64,000 nt of DNA. Source: an uncultured Verrucomicrobiae bacterium (GTDB taxonomy: Bacteria; Verrucomicrobiota; Verrucomicrobiia; Chthoniobacterales; JAATET01). The position numbers were made by a program, and so were the translations under genes. Shown here one piece after another: positions 47,284 to 56,893 of the stretch (its first letter is position 1; the number at the start of each line of letters is the position of its first letter). The DNA is taken from contig CAVRCI010000008.1 of the NCBI GenBank assembly GCA_963719495.1, forward strand, positions 96,001 through 160,000, written 5' to 3'. The notes under the pieces were generated by a model, which ran no database searches, had not been told where the DNA came from, and saw only the letters and a list, made by a program, of their open reading frames with translations.

Positions 47284-47748
47284 ATGGGAACCATTATTCT
47301 ACTGGCCGGACTGGGGTTCGTTCTCATCGTCGCGGAGATGTTTCTGCCCGGAATGATTCTGGGGATTCTTGGCGCGGTCCTGCTCGGTGCCTCCGTCGTC
47401 GTTGGTTTCACGCAATTTGGGGCCGCGGGTGGGACGGTCGTTTTCTGCGTGGTGACGACCGGGGCGATCATCGCGTTTTTCACGTGGATGAAGACATTTC
47501 AACGCACGGCAGTCGGGCGGGGGCTCACCCTCGGCGTGAGTCTGGGAGCCGGCGACGACCTACCGGAGGTCGCGGAACTCCTCGGGAAAGAAGGTGTCGC
47601 GGTGACCGATCTTCGGCCCGCCGGCAAGATCCAGATCGAAGGCCGGAGGATCGACGTGTTGGCCGAAAGCGCCTACGTCGAATCGGGCTCGGCGGTGACC
47701 GTGATCCAGGCGGGCGGCTCCCGCGTGGTTGTGCGGAGAAAAGATTAG
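47284..47748 (+). CDS. NfeD family protein (short form)
   Basis: AEMFLPG TMs; G.AVTDLRPAG OB-fold; precedes floA. Confidence 0.88.
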   Translation: MGTIILLAGLGFVLIVAEMFLPGMILGILGAVLLGASVVVGFTQFGAAGGTVVFCVVTTGAIIAFFTWMKTFQRTAVGRGLTLGVSLGAGDDLPEVAELLGKEGVAVTDLRPAGKIQIEGRRIDVLAESAYVESGSAVTVIQAGGSRVVVRRKD

Positions 47749-47797
47749 CCGATCCCCCGTGGTGCGGTAAGCTTCCCCCTCAAATCCCGACCTTTTC

Positions 47798-48817
47798 ATG
47801 AATTTCTTCGTCCTCATCGTCTTCGGCATCCTTCTCATCATCGGCCTGGTGCTGTTGATCGTGCTCCTCAACTTCTTCGGCATCTGGCTTCGCGCGAAGG
47901 TCGCCGACTCTCCGGTCAGCTTCGGCAACCTCATCGGAATGCGGCTCCGAAAAGTCCCCACCGGCCTCGTCGTCGACAACCGGATCACCAGCGTGAAAGC
48001 CGGCATCCCCATCAGCACCGACCTCTTGGAAGCCCACTACCTGTCGGGCGGCAATATTTCGAACGTCGTCCTCGCGCTCGTCGCCGCCGACAAGGCCGGC
48101 ATCAAGCTCGACTTCAACCGGGCCTGCGCGATCGACCTCGCGATCAAGGGAACGTCCAAGACCGTGCTCGAAGCCGTGCGGACCAGCATCAATCCCCGCG
48201 TCATCGACTGCCCGAATCCCGCCACCGGCAAGACGACGATCGACGCGGTCGCCCGCGACGGCATCGGCGTGAAGGTCCGCGCCCGGGTCACCGTCCGGTC
48301 GAACCTCGACCGCTTCGTCGGCGGTGCGACCGAGGAGACGATCATCGCCCGCGTCGGCGAGGGCATCGTGACCTCGATCGGCTCCGCGATCTCCTACAAG
48401 GAAGTGCTCGAAAATCCCGACCGGATCTCGAAACTCGTCCTCGAAAAAGGCCTCGACAGCGGGACGGCCTTCGAAATTCTTTCGGTCGACATCGCCGACA
48501 TCGACATCGGCGAAAACGTCGGCGCGAAGCTGCAGGAAGAGCAGGCCGAGGCCGACAAGGTCGTCGCGCAGGCGAAGGCCGAAATGCGCCGCGCCGCCGC
48601 CGTCGCGACCGAGCAGGAGATGAAGGCCCGCGTGCAGGAGATGCGCGCCAAGGTCACCGAAGCCGAGGCCCAGGTGCCCGAGGCGATGGCCGAGGCCTTC
48701 CGCAGCGGCAACATGGGGATTCTCGATTATCTGCGGATGAAAAACATCCAGTCCGACACCGACATGCGCGAGTCGATCGCGAAGCCGGACAAGGGACCTT
48801 CCCAGCAGGGGGTCTGA
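47798..48817 (+). CDS. floA: Flotillin-like protein FloA (UPF0365)
   Basis: [48 protein letters not shown]. Confidence 0.93.
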   Translation: MNFFVLIVFGILLIIGLVLLIVLLNFFGIWLRAKVADSPVSFGNLIGMRLRKVPTGLVVDNRITSVKAGIPISTDLLEAHYLSGGNISNVVLALVAADKAGIKLDFNRACAIDLAIKGTSKTVLEAVRTSINPRVIDCPNPATGKTTIDAVARDGIGVKVRARVTVRSNLDRFVGGATEETIIARVGEGIVTSIGSAISYKEVLENPDRISKLVLEKGLDSGTAFEILSVDIADIDIGENVGAKLQEEQAEADKVVAQAKAEMRRAAAVATEQEMKARVQEMRAKVTEAEAQVPEAMAEAFRSGNMGILDYLRMKNIQSDTDMRESIAKPDKGPSQQGV

Positions 48818-48833
48818 TTGGAAGACCGAACCT

Positions 48834-48860
48834 CGGCGGCTGGAAGCCGCCGCTCCTTGA
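48834..48860 (-). repeat. GGAG-tagged REP-like hairpin
   Basis: CGGCGGCTGGAAGCCGCCGCTCCTTGA. Confidence 0.75.
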
Positions 48861-48871
48861 AATAGACGACG

Positions 48872-49438
48872 ATGCCTTGGGAACAACTCGCGATTCTGGT
48901 CATTATCGGCCTGATCAGCTTCGTCAACTGGCTGATGCAGAAGTCCGCCGAGCACAAGGCGGCGCGGCGGACTCAGGAACGGATCGACCGCGGCGAGCAG
49001 GCCCCCGAGGCGAACGACTTTGGTGAACCCGATGAGGCCGAGCGGGCCTACGAGGCGGAGGAGCAGCGGCGGCGATTCATGGAGGCGCTCGGAATGCCGG
49101 TCGCCGACGCGGAGCCGACGCCCCAAGCGCGAGCCCAGCGTGACGTCGTCTCGGAGGGGCCGGTCACGCGGGGGCCGGCGCGGAATTTTCTCCACAAACT
49201 GTCGGGCGATTTGGAGCAACGGCTCGTCCCGGCGGAAACCGTCCAACCGCCGCCGATCATGGCTCCCACGTCACGGCCAACGACCGCAGCCCGAAGGAAA
49301 CGCGCGGCGCGCAAGGTGGCGGCGCCACTCGCTCCGGGGGCACCGTTGGAATTCCTGCGTGATCGGGAAGGGCTGCGCAAAGCCATCCTCTCCCAGGAAG
49401 TGCTGGGGCGCTGCAAGGGTCTCTCGTTCGATCTCTGA
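48872..49438 (+). CDS. Hypothetical protein typical of the third gene in nfeD-floA operons
   Basis: N-terminal TM; C-terminal LRKAIL..EVLG motif. Confidence 0.7.
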   Translation: MPWEQLAILVIIGLISFVNWLMQKSAEHKAARRTQERIDRGEQAPEANDFGEPDEAERAYEAEEQRRRFMEALGMPVADAEPTPQARAQRDVVSEGPVTRGPARNFLHKLSGDLEQRLVPAETVQPPPIMAPTSRPTTAARRKRAARKVAAPLAPGAPLEFLRDREGLRKAILSQEVLGRCKGLSFDL

Positions 49439-49524
49439 TCGAGTAGACGGGGCCCTAAGGAGTCGTCCAGAAATCACTCGGTACAAAACAGCTATGAAGG
49501 GCTGATGGTGTAATTCCATTCCCC

Positions 49525-49788
49525 GTGAAAATCATTGCGTCTTGTTTGGACTGCCACGGGGCGGAGTCGCGGGCGGAGTATCCGCGGTTGGCGGGTCAGG
49601 AGGACTGGTATTTGGTGCGGCAATTGGAGTTGTTTGCGAGCGGCGTGCGGGGTGGGTCGAGTTCGGCGCACTTGATGGATTCGGTGGCGGAGCGGCTGAC
49701 GCCGGAGGATCGGGTGGACGTGGCGGCTTGGTTTGCTTCGATGGGTGGGGCGGATGGGGATTTGCCGGAGGCGCGGGTGGTGAGGTGA
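49525..49788 (+). pseudogene. c-type cytochrome (c553/c4-like) domain without signal peptide; probable fragment
   Basis: CLDCHG, YPRLAGQ..WYLVRQL..F..G.R, distal Met. Confidence 0.55.
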
Positions 49789-49800
49789 GATGTCAGAGCG

Positions 49801-49892
49801 GCTTCGCTTAGCTGCCAATGACATCGTCTCCTGTGGTGCGCAATCCAACGAGAAGGCCACGGCTCGGCAGGAGCCTCGCCCTCCGAATGCCC
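49801..49892 (-). repeat. Composite element, second copy of 19117-19218
   Basis: GCTTCGCTTAGCTGCCAATGACATCG...AAGGCCACGGCTCGGCAGGAGCCTCGCCCTCC. Confidence 0.75.
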
Positions 49893-50089
49893 CAAGGGGG
49901 TCGGCTGGTGCCGACGGGTCATCTTTGGCTTCTCAACTCGCTTGCGCGTTCGTTGTGTTCAGCATGACAAGGGGGGAGGTTTGGTGGTGGGTGGGGCTTT
50001 TCAGGTTGGCGGAGCGTTTGGTTGCCGCCGGGCAGGATATCCGGCGGAACAGGCTGGAAGCCTGTTTTCCCCGTGGTTAGGTTTCCGCG

Positions 50090-51544
50090 ATGGAAGAAAG
50101 TTCGTTGAGCGAGTTGTTGGCGGTGCGACGCGGGAAGTTGGACGCTTTGGTGGCGGCGGGGGTGGCTCCTTACGGGGCGGCTTACGAGACGGATGGGGCG
50201 GTGGCGGACGTGCGGGCGAAATTTGCGGAGGAGGCTCCGCTGCGGATGGCGGGGCGGATCACGGCTCACCGGGACATGGGGAAGAGCCAATTCCTGGACC
50301 TTTCGGACGCGACGGGGCGGATGCAGATTTACGTTCACGCGAAGGAGATCGGGGCGGAACGGTTCGCGATTTTTCAGCAGTTGGACATTGGGGATTTCGT
50401 GGGTGTGATGGGGGTGGGGTTCATGACGCGGACGGGGGAGCCGACGATCAAGGTGGGGGGCTTCGAGGTGCTGAGCAAATCGCTGAAACCGCTGCCGGAT
50501 AAATGGCACGGGGTGCAGGATAGGGAGATCCGGTATCGTCAGAGGTATCTCGATCTCATCGCGAACGAGTCGTCGCGGGAGATCTTCCAGAAGCGGGTGC
50601 GGATCGTGCGGGAGATTCGGCGGTTTCTGGAGGATCGGGCTTTCATCGAGGTGGAGACGCCGATGATGCAGACGGTGGCAGGCGGCGCGGCGGCGGAGCC
50701 TTTCAAGACGCATCACAACGCGCTCGGGATGGATTTATTTCTGCGGATTGCGCCGGAACTGTATCTGAAGCGGCTGTTGGTGGGCGGGTTTCCGAAGATC
50801 TTCGAGTTGAACCGGAATTTTCGGAACGAGGGGATTTCGCGGCGGCACAATCCGGAGTTCACGATGTTGGAGGCGTATTGGGCGTTCGCGGACTTCGAGA
50901 AAATGGCCGATCTCGTCGAGGAGATGATCTGTCATTTGGCCGAGACGGTTTGCGGCGGGCTCGAGGTCGAACACAAGGATGGGGACGGGAACGTGACGCG
51001 CACGATCGATTTGACGCGGCCCTGGCGGCGAGAGCGCTACGCGGAATTGATCAAGTCGGTGCAGCCGGATTGGTATGAGCTGACGGACGACGGACGGCGG
51101 GAGCGGTGTCGCGAGATCGGGTTGGACGTGTCGCAGTGCGTGGCGGATTTCGAGGTGACGCAGCACGTTTTCGAGAAGTTGATTGAAGAGAAGACGATGA
51201 ATCCGCTCTACGTGACGCATTGTCCGAAGGAGCTGGTGCCGCTGGCGAAGCAGAACGTGGAGGATCCGAGCGTGGTGGACGTCTACGAGTTGGTGATCAA
51301 CGGGCAGGAGATCTCGCCGGGGTATTCCGAGCTGAATGATCCGACGGTGCAGCGGGCGCGGCTGATGGAGCAGAGCGGCGGGGAGACGCAGATGTTGGAT
51401 GAATCGTTTCTGGAGGCGCTGGAATACGGGATGCCGCCGGCTGGGGGGATTGGGATCGGGATCGACCGGTTGGTGATGATGCTGACGGGGGCGGAGTCGA
51501 TCCGGGACGTGCTGTTTTTCCCGCAGATGAAGCCGCGGGGGTAG
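50090..51544 (+). CDS. lysS: Lysine--tRNA ligase (class II)
   Basis: RYRQRYLDL, LRIAPELYLKRL, FRNEG..HNPEFT, YGMPPAGG.GIGIDR. Confidence 0.98.
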   Translation: MEESSLSELLAVRRGKLDALVAAGVAPYGAAYETDGAVADVRAKFAEEAPLRMAGRITAHRDMGKSQFLDLSDATGRMQIYVHAKEIGAERFAIFQQLDIGDFVGVMGVGFMTRTGEPTIKVGGFEVLSKSLKPLPDKWHGVQDREIRYRQRYLDLIANESSREIFQKRVRIVREIRRFLEDRAFIEVETPMMQTVAGGAAAEPFKTHHNALGMDLFLRIAPELYLKRLLVGGFPKIFELNRNFRNEGISRRHNPEFTMLEAYWAFADFEKMADLVEEMICHLAETVCGGLEVEHKDGDGNVTRTIDLTRPWRRERYAELIKSVQPDWYELTDDGRRERCREIGLDVSQCVADFEVTQHVFEKLIEEKTMNPLYVTHCPKELVPLAKQNVEDPSVVDVYELVINGQEISPGYSELNDPTVQRARLMEQSGGETQMLDESFLEALEYGMPPAGGIGIGIDRLVMMLTGAESIRDVLFFPQMKPRG

Positions 51545-51602
51545 GTGCCGACGAGCGGCGGGGCTTGCGCGGTGGGGCGCGGGTGGGGTTTGATCGTCGA
51601 CT

Positions 51603-52253
51603 ATGGAAACGACGACACCCGCGAGCGTGGTAGGGGCGCTGAACTGGCGCTACGCAACGAAGTCCTTCGACCCGGAGCGGAAGATCGCGCCGGAAATCTG
51701 GGAAGCGTTGGAGCAATCGTTGGTGCTGTCGCCTTCTTCGTTTGGGTTGCAGCCGTGGAGGTTTGTCGTCGTGGAAGACGCGGCGAAACGGGCGGAGTTG
51801 GTGGCTAAGTCATGGGGTCAGCGCCAGGTCTTGGAGGCATCCCATTTGGTCGTCTTCGCGGTGAAGAGTCCTTTGGACGCGACTGACGTGCGGAGGCACA
51901 TGGAACGGACGGCTGAGGTGCAGGGGATGCTGGTGGAGAATCTGGCGGGGTTCGAGAAGGTGGTTGCCGGGTTTCTGGAAAAGCCGCCGTATCCGTTGGA
52001 GATGCGGGAATGGGCTTCGCGTCAGGCCTACATCGCGCTGGGGACGTTCATGCTGTCGGCGGCGATGATGGGGGTGGACACTTGCCCGATGGAAGGATTG
52101 GACCCGGCGGGATATGACGAGATCCTTGGGTTGACGGGCTCTGGCTTCTACACCGTGGTGGCTTGTCCGGCGGGGTATCGATCCGGCGAGGATGCTTCGG
52201 CGGGCCGGGCGAAGGTGCGGTTCCCGCGGGAGGATGTGATCGTGCGGGTGTGA
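51603..52253 (+). CDS. Nitroreductase family NAD(P)H oxidoreductase
   Basis: WRYATKSFD, SPSSFGLQPW, DTCPMEG. Confidence 0.92.
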   Translation: METTTPASVVGALNWRYATKSFDPERKIAPEIWEALEQSLVLSPSSFGLQPWRFVVVEDAAKRAELVAKSWGQRQVLEASHLVVFAVKSPLDATDVRRHMERTAEVQGMLVENLAGFEKVVAGFLEKPPYPLEMREWASRQAYIALGTFMLSAAMMGVDTCPMEGLDPAGYDEILGLTGSGFYTVVACPAGYRSGEDASAGRAKVRFPREDVIVRV

Positions 52254-52348
52254 CTTGAATGAGGGCAATTCTTTAGCGCCCGGACGGAACGCTAGAGACG
52301 ATTTCAAACAGAAGGGACCGAAAGATACAGAAGGAATTCAATACGGTC

Positions 52349-52444
52349 TGAACAGAAGAGCGCGAAGGTCGCAAAGGGGTGAAAGAAGGGATCTGATTGA
52401 AATGCCTTCGGCATTTCTTTGCGAACTTTGCGGCCTTCTGTTCA
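52349..52444. repeat. Inverted repeat between convergent genes
   Basis: TGAACAGAAG..GCGAAGGTCGCAAAG ... CTTTGCGAACTTTGCGGCCTTCTGTTCA. Confidence 0.6.
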
Positions 52445-54838
52445 ATCCGTAACTCTCATTTTCCTTTGGGCGAGGAGCCAGAGGTGGGGGAGGAGGAAGA
52501 TGGCGATGGCGGTGTTGGCGGCGAAGCCGAGGGCGCAGACGCGGCCGAGGCTGGCGAGGCCTTCGCTGGCGGCCCAGCTGATGCTGGCGAAGCCGGTGAC
52601 GGTGGTGAGGCCGCAGAGGAGGAGGGCGGTGCCGACGGTGCGTTGAGTGACGGCCAGGTCGCCGTTGGTCTCGCGGAGGGAGCGGATGAGGTGGATGCTG
52701 AAGTCGACGCCGGTGCCGAGGAGGAGGAGGGCGGCGGCGATGTTCATGAAGTTCCACGTGAACCCGAGGAGGGTCATGCCGCCGAGGAGCGTGATGGTGT
52801 TGAGGGTGAGGATGCCGATGGCGAAGAGGACGTCGAAGACGTTGCGGAAGGCGAGGACGAGCATGACGAGGAGGACGGCGGCGAAGAGGAGGATCGGGAT
52901 GATCATTTCCTCGGAGGCGAAGCAGGCAAGTTCCTGTCCGAGCAGGGGCCAGCTTAGGAGGGCGATGCCGGGGGCGTTGACTCGGGATGGAAGGGAGGCG
53001 TATTCGGCGTCGGAGAGATTGGGGGCGGGTTCGACGGCTCCCATGGCGGCGTTGGGGCGGTGAACGGATCGACGAAGAATCCACTGGGTGCGCGGGTCGC
53101 TGGGCCAAAGGGGCGGTGGTCCGATTTGTTGCCAGTTGTCGAGGAGGGCACCGGTGAGGGCGAAGGCTTCGTCGGTGAATCCGGCTTCGTTCAAGGCGGA
53201 GGCGAGGGTGGAGCGAGCGGCGATCGCGGGCTGGATGGCGGCGAGATTGGCGCGCTGAGCGACCGGGTCGGGCCAGAAGGCGACGGGGAGGAGGGCGCCG
53301 GTGACGAGGCCTTCGTCCTCGAGTTTTACGATGCTTGCCCGGGCGGCGAGGAGGCGTTCGTGGATCTGGGCGGGGGTGTCGCCGGTGACGAGGAGGTTGA
53401 GGGTGCGGGGAGAGTCGGTGAGTTTTTCGTAGATCCGATTGACGGTCTCGTAGGCGAGGCTGTTGCGGGGTTTGAGGGCGGCGGCGCTGGATTCGAGGCC
53501 GGGGAAGCCGAGGACGAGGAGGGCGGCGATGGCGATCAGGACGCCCGCTGCGGTGATGAGGGTGGCGGGGGTTCCGAAGAGGTGATTGGTGATGGGGGAT
53601 TGGTGATTCTGGGGGGGCTTTGCGAAGCGGACGACGGCTCGGGTGAAGACCGTGAGCATGAGGATCGCGCCGGCGATGACGCCGAGGGCGACGAGGATGC
53701 CGAGGTGGGCGAGGCCGGGAACGCCGGAAAAGCTGAGGCTGGCGAAGGCGGCGGCGGTGGTGGCGGCGGCCCAGGCGATGCCCGGGGTGCAGGTGCGGCG
53801 GAGCGTGCGCGCGTCGGACGGTTCGTTGAGGTGGGTCTGGTAGACGATGAGGGCGTAGTCGACGTTGATGCCGACGAGGATCGAGGCGAAGCCGGCGCTG
53901 ATGATCGTGATGCCGGTCTCGATGAACCCGGCGAGGCCGAGGGCGATGACGAAGCTGAGGCCGAGAAGGCCAATGAGAATGGCGAGTGGGAGGAGCCGCC
54001 GGTAGACGACGAAAAAAATGAGGCCGACGATGGCGGCGGTGACGAGGCCGCTCTGCCGCATCTCGTTTTCCATGCCGGAGGAGAGCTCCGAGACGAAGGC
54101 GGGGTCTCCGGCGATGCCGATCTGGAGGGTCGCGGGGTCGGGTTGGGATTCTTTCCAATCGGCGATGGTCGCTTTGACGTCGTCAATCCAATCGGTGGCG
54201 ATGCGGTAGTTCGCGAGGTCGGGGGCGGCCTCGAGGTAGATCGCGCGGAAGGTGCCGTCGGCGGAAACGAACTCGGATTTCGTGACGTTTTTGCTGGTGG
54301 GCGCGATGGCTTGAAGGTTCGCGAGGATGCGGTAGGGATCGTAGCTGAGGAGGGCGAGGTCCTGACCGGAGAGGGTGTTGCCGAGGGCGTCGACGGCGGA
54401 TTGGGCGTTGGCGGGCGCGTTGGCGGGGTCGAGGGCGGCGACGATGCGGGCGAAGTCGGCGGGGGGAAGGTTGATGGCGCTGTAGGCGGCGAAGTCGGCG
54501 AGTTTTTCGGGCTCGGCCTCCCAGAGTGGTGCGTCGACGACGAGGGAGATGAGTTTTTTGTCGGTGCGGAGAAGTTCGGCGAGAGACTGGGCGGCGGTGG
54601 CGGTGCGGGTGGCGTCGGGGGTTTCGACGGTGACGATGAGCTCCTGGGGGAGGCCGAAATCCTGGAGGACGGTGGCGAGGCCTTCGGCTTGGTCGAGGCC
54701 GCGGGGGAGGAGGTCGAGGATTCGGACGTTGAAGCCGATGCGGGAGAGGCCGGCGAGGATCAGCGCGGCGGCGGCGAGGAGTAACGCGGCTTTTAACCAC
54801 AGCCGAGCGGAGCGGAGCAAATAGACACGGATGGACAC
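52442..54838 (-). CDS. MMPL/RND family exporter
   Basis: Two TM bundles with GINVDY and GTGVDF, TT..GF; start uncertain because it lies in a repeat. Confidence 0.88.
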   Translation of the reverse strand: MSIRVYLLRSARLWLKAALLLAAAALILAGLSRIGFNVRILDLLPRGLDQAEGLATVLQDFGLPQELIVTVETPDATRTATAAQSLAELLRTDKKLISLVVDAPLWEAEPEKLADFAAYSAINLPPADFARIVAALDPANAPANAQSAVDALGNTLSGQDLALLSYDPYRILANLQAIAPTSKNVTKSEFVSADGTFRAIYLEAAPDLANYRIATDWIDDVKATIADWKESQPDPATLQIGIAGDPAFVSELSSGMENEMRQSGLVTAAIVGLIFFVVYRRLLPLAILIGLLGLSFVIALGLAGFIETGITIISAGFASILVGINVDYALIVYQTHLNEPSDARTLRRTCTPGIAWAAATTAAAFASLSFSGVPGLAHLGILVALGVIAGAILMLTVFTRAVVRFAKPPQNHQSPITNHLFGTPATLITAAGVLIAIAALLVLGFPGLESSAAALKPRNSLAYETVNRIYEKLTDSPRTLNLLVTGDTPAQIHERLLAARASIVKLEDEGLVTGALLPVAFWPDPVAQRANLAAIQPAIAARSTLASALNEAGFTDEAFALTGALLDNWQQIGPPPLWPSDPRTQWILRRSVHRPNAAMGAVEPAPNLSDAEYASLPSRVNAPGIALLSWPLLGQELACFASEEMIIPILLFAAVLLVMLVLAFRNVFDVLFAIGILTLNTITLLGGMTLLGFTWNFMNIAAALLLLGTGVDFSIHLIRSLRETNGDLAVTQRTVGTALLLCGLTTVTGFASISWAASEGLASLGRVCALGFAANTAIAIFLLPHLWLLAQRKMRVTD

Positions 54839-54898
54839 GGATTGGGTGAGTGAGTGAAGGGGATCGGCTCCCGCGCTGGCGCGCGGGTTGCCGAGCTT

Positions 54899-54925
54899 CG
54901 GCGGCTGGGAGCCGCCGCTCCTTGA
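54899..54925 (-). repeat. GGAG-tagged REP-like hairpin
   Basis: CGGCGGCTGGGAGCCGCCGCTCCTTGA. Confidence 0.7.
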
Positions 54926-54926
54926 A

Positions 54927-55574
54927 TTATTTGGCTTCGAAGATTCCCTTGGGGAGGGGGTGGTTGACCTCGACCTTGGTGAACTTGGTTTCGAGGCCTC
55001 CGCCGTTGGCGAGTTCGACGTTGAACTTGGTGAGGATGCCGGTGGCGGTTTCGTATTCGAGGTTCAGTTCCTTGATGTATTTAGTGGCCTGGGCCTCGCG
55101 GGGGGTGAGGTCGAGTGCGGTGCGGTCGCCGGATTCCGCCATTCGGGTGACGTTGAAGAGTTCGCGGAACTCTTCGAGGGAATCGGTGACCGGGAAGCGC
55201 ATGAGCATGAGCTGCTGCGTCTCGGGGCCGGCGTTGGATTCGTCGATGGTGCGGGTGGTGTCCGCTTTCTTGTCGATGAGCGTGAGGACGTTGCCTTGGC
55301 GGACGGCAATCGTTTCGGGGGGTTCGCCGAGTTGGAAGCGGAAGCTGCCGTTGTCTTCGAACCAGATTTTTCCCGGGGTGCGGGAGGGGATGCGGAGGGT
55401 GGGGAGGCGGCGGGTCTGGGTGAATTCGCCCTGGAGGGTGCGGACGGTTTGCTGACGGGCGATCCAGCTTTCGAGGGCGGGCCAGTTGGGCTCGGCTTGG
55501 GCGGTGGTGGGCCGCAAGAAGGGGCAGAGAGCGTAGAAGGCGCCGAGGGTGAGGAGAAGTCGTCTTGTTTTCAT
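54927..55574 (-). CDS. LolA-like lipid/lipoprotein carrier
   Basis: Signal peptide; TLQGEFTQTR, GKIWF, LDLTP, C-terminal IFE. Confidence 0.8.
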   Translation of the reverse strand: MKTRRLLLTLGAFYALCPFLRPTTAQAEPNWPALESWIARQQTVRTLQGEFTQTRRLPTLRIPSRTPGKIWFEDNGSFRFQLGEPPETIAVRQGNVLTLIDKKADTTRTIDESNAGPETQQLMLMRFPVTDSLEEFRELFNVTRMAESGDRTALDLTPREAQATKYIKELNLEYETATGILTKFNVELANGGGLETKFTKVEVNHPLPKGIFEAK

Positions 55575-55595
55575 TGGGCGGTTGGAATGCGGCTC

Positions 55596-55638
55596 CGGCG
55601 GGACGCCGTCGCTCTCACCCGGGACGGGTGAGATCCCC
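55596..55638 (-). repeat. Diverged double-hairpin element, copy D
   Basis: CGGCGGGACGCCG then TCTCACCCGGGACGGGTGAGA-TCCCC. Confidence 0.6.
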
Positions 55639-55644
55639 ATCATC

Positions 55645-56886
55645 CTAGCGGATGGCGAATTTTTTTGGGTCGCTGCGGGCGTTGGCGAGGTGACCGACGG
55701 CCCGGAGGAGCTGGCGGCTGTAGGTGCGGGTGGTGAAGGCTCCGGAGGCCATGCAGCCGAGGTGCTTGGCGATGTGGGCGTCGATGAGGGTCGTTGCAAA
55801 ATTCGGGTGGGCGGCACGCCATTCGGCTCCGGTCTCGTGCATGGCGAAGATGCGGCCGCTGTAGAAGTATTCGATGAACTGTAGCCAGCAGGTGAGGTGG
55901 TGGCGGGTCTCGCGTTCGTAGGCGACGAGCGCGGGGGCGGAGGATTTTTTTGCCAGGAGGTCCGCGAGGCGTTCGGCGGAACCGAGGGCGGTGATCATGC
56001 CGGGTGAGAGCATGGGATCGACGAATCCGAAGGCGTCGCCGATGGCGGCCCAATTCTCGCCGGTGCCGCGCTCGGAGATGAGCTGGTAATTTGCGTAGGT
56101 CTGGACGGCGGTGATCCGGTGGGCGTCCCGGGCTTCGGTTGCGAGAGCGGGGTCGTGTCGGAGGACGTGGTCGAGGCGTTCCTCCGGAGTGTCGCCGAGT
56201 TGGGCGGCGGCTTTGGCGTCGAGGACGATGCCGAAGGAGGTGCGGTCGCGGAGGGGGATGCGCCAGGCCCAGCCGTGGTCGAGGTGAATGGCGGCGATCT
56301 GGCCGCGGGGGGTTTCGGGCGAGAATCCCTGGTAGTGGGCAAAGTGGGAGACGTCTTTTCGCGGACCCAATTGGCCGGGAATTTTCAGAAGGCGGGCGAA
56401 GGCGCGGCGACGGCCGGTGGCGTCGACGAGGAGATCGGGCTGCCGCCCCTGCCAACGCGGGATGGCGGCCAGGGTGTCTGGATCGAGTTCGATGCGGTCG
56501 CCGTGGGCGCTCAGGCTGGCTCGCTGGGGGACGATGGTGGCCCCCGCGTCGCGGGCGTTAGCGGTGAGGAGGTCGTCGAGTTGGGGTCGCGGGATGTTGT
56601 AGCTGTAAGTTGGAAGATGGCCGCGGACGGACTCGAAGGTGAAATTGACGGCGTCCTCGGGGAAGGGAACGAAGGAAGCGCCGGGTTTGCGCAGGCTGAA
56701 GGCGGCGACTTGGTCCTCGATGCCGAGGCGGCGGAGGATTGGGACGACGGCGGGGATGTTGGATTCGCCGACGATGAGTCCGGGGCGGTCGCCGTCGTCG
56801 AAGACGACGACGTCGGAGCCTTGCCGGACGGCGAACGTGGCGAAGGCTGAACCCGCGGGGCCGCCGCCGATGACTGCGATTCTCAT
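55645..56886 (-). CDS. FAD-dependent oxidoreductase, flavin-dependent halogenase-like
   Basis: GGGPAG, VGES, KPG, DATGR, WAWRIP, GDA.GFVDP..SPG. Confidence 0.82.
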   Translation of the reverse strand: MRIAVIGGGPAGSAFATFAVRQGSDVVVFDDGDRPGLIVGESNIPAVVPILRRLGIEDQVAAFSLRKPGASFVPFPEDAVNFTFESVRGHLPTYSYNIPRPQLDDLLTANARDAGATIVPQRASLSAHGDRIELDPDTLAAIPRWQGRQPDLLVDATGRRRAFARLLKIPGQLGPRKDVSHFAHYQGFSPETPRGQIAAIHLDHGWAWRIPLRDRTSFGIVLDAKAAAQLGDTPEERLDHVLRHDPALATEARDAHRITAVQTYANYQLISERGTGENWAAIGDAFGFVDPMLSPGMITALGSAERLADLLAKKSSAPALVAYERETRHHLTCWLQFIEYFYSGRIFAMHETGAEWRAAHPNFATTLIDAHIAKHLGCMASGAFTTRTYSRQLLRAVGHLANARSDPKKFAIR

Positions 56887-56893
56887 CTGTGCT

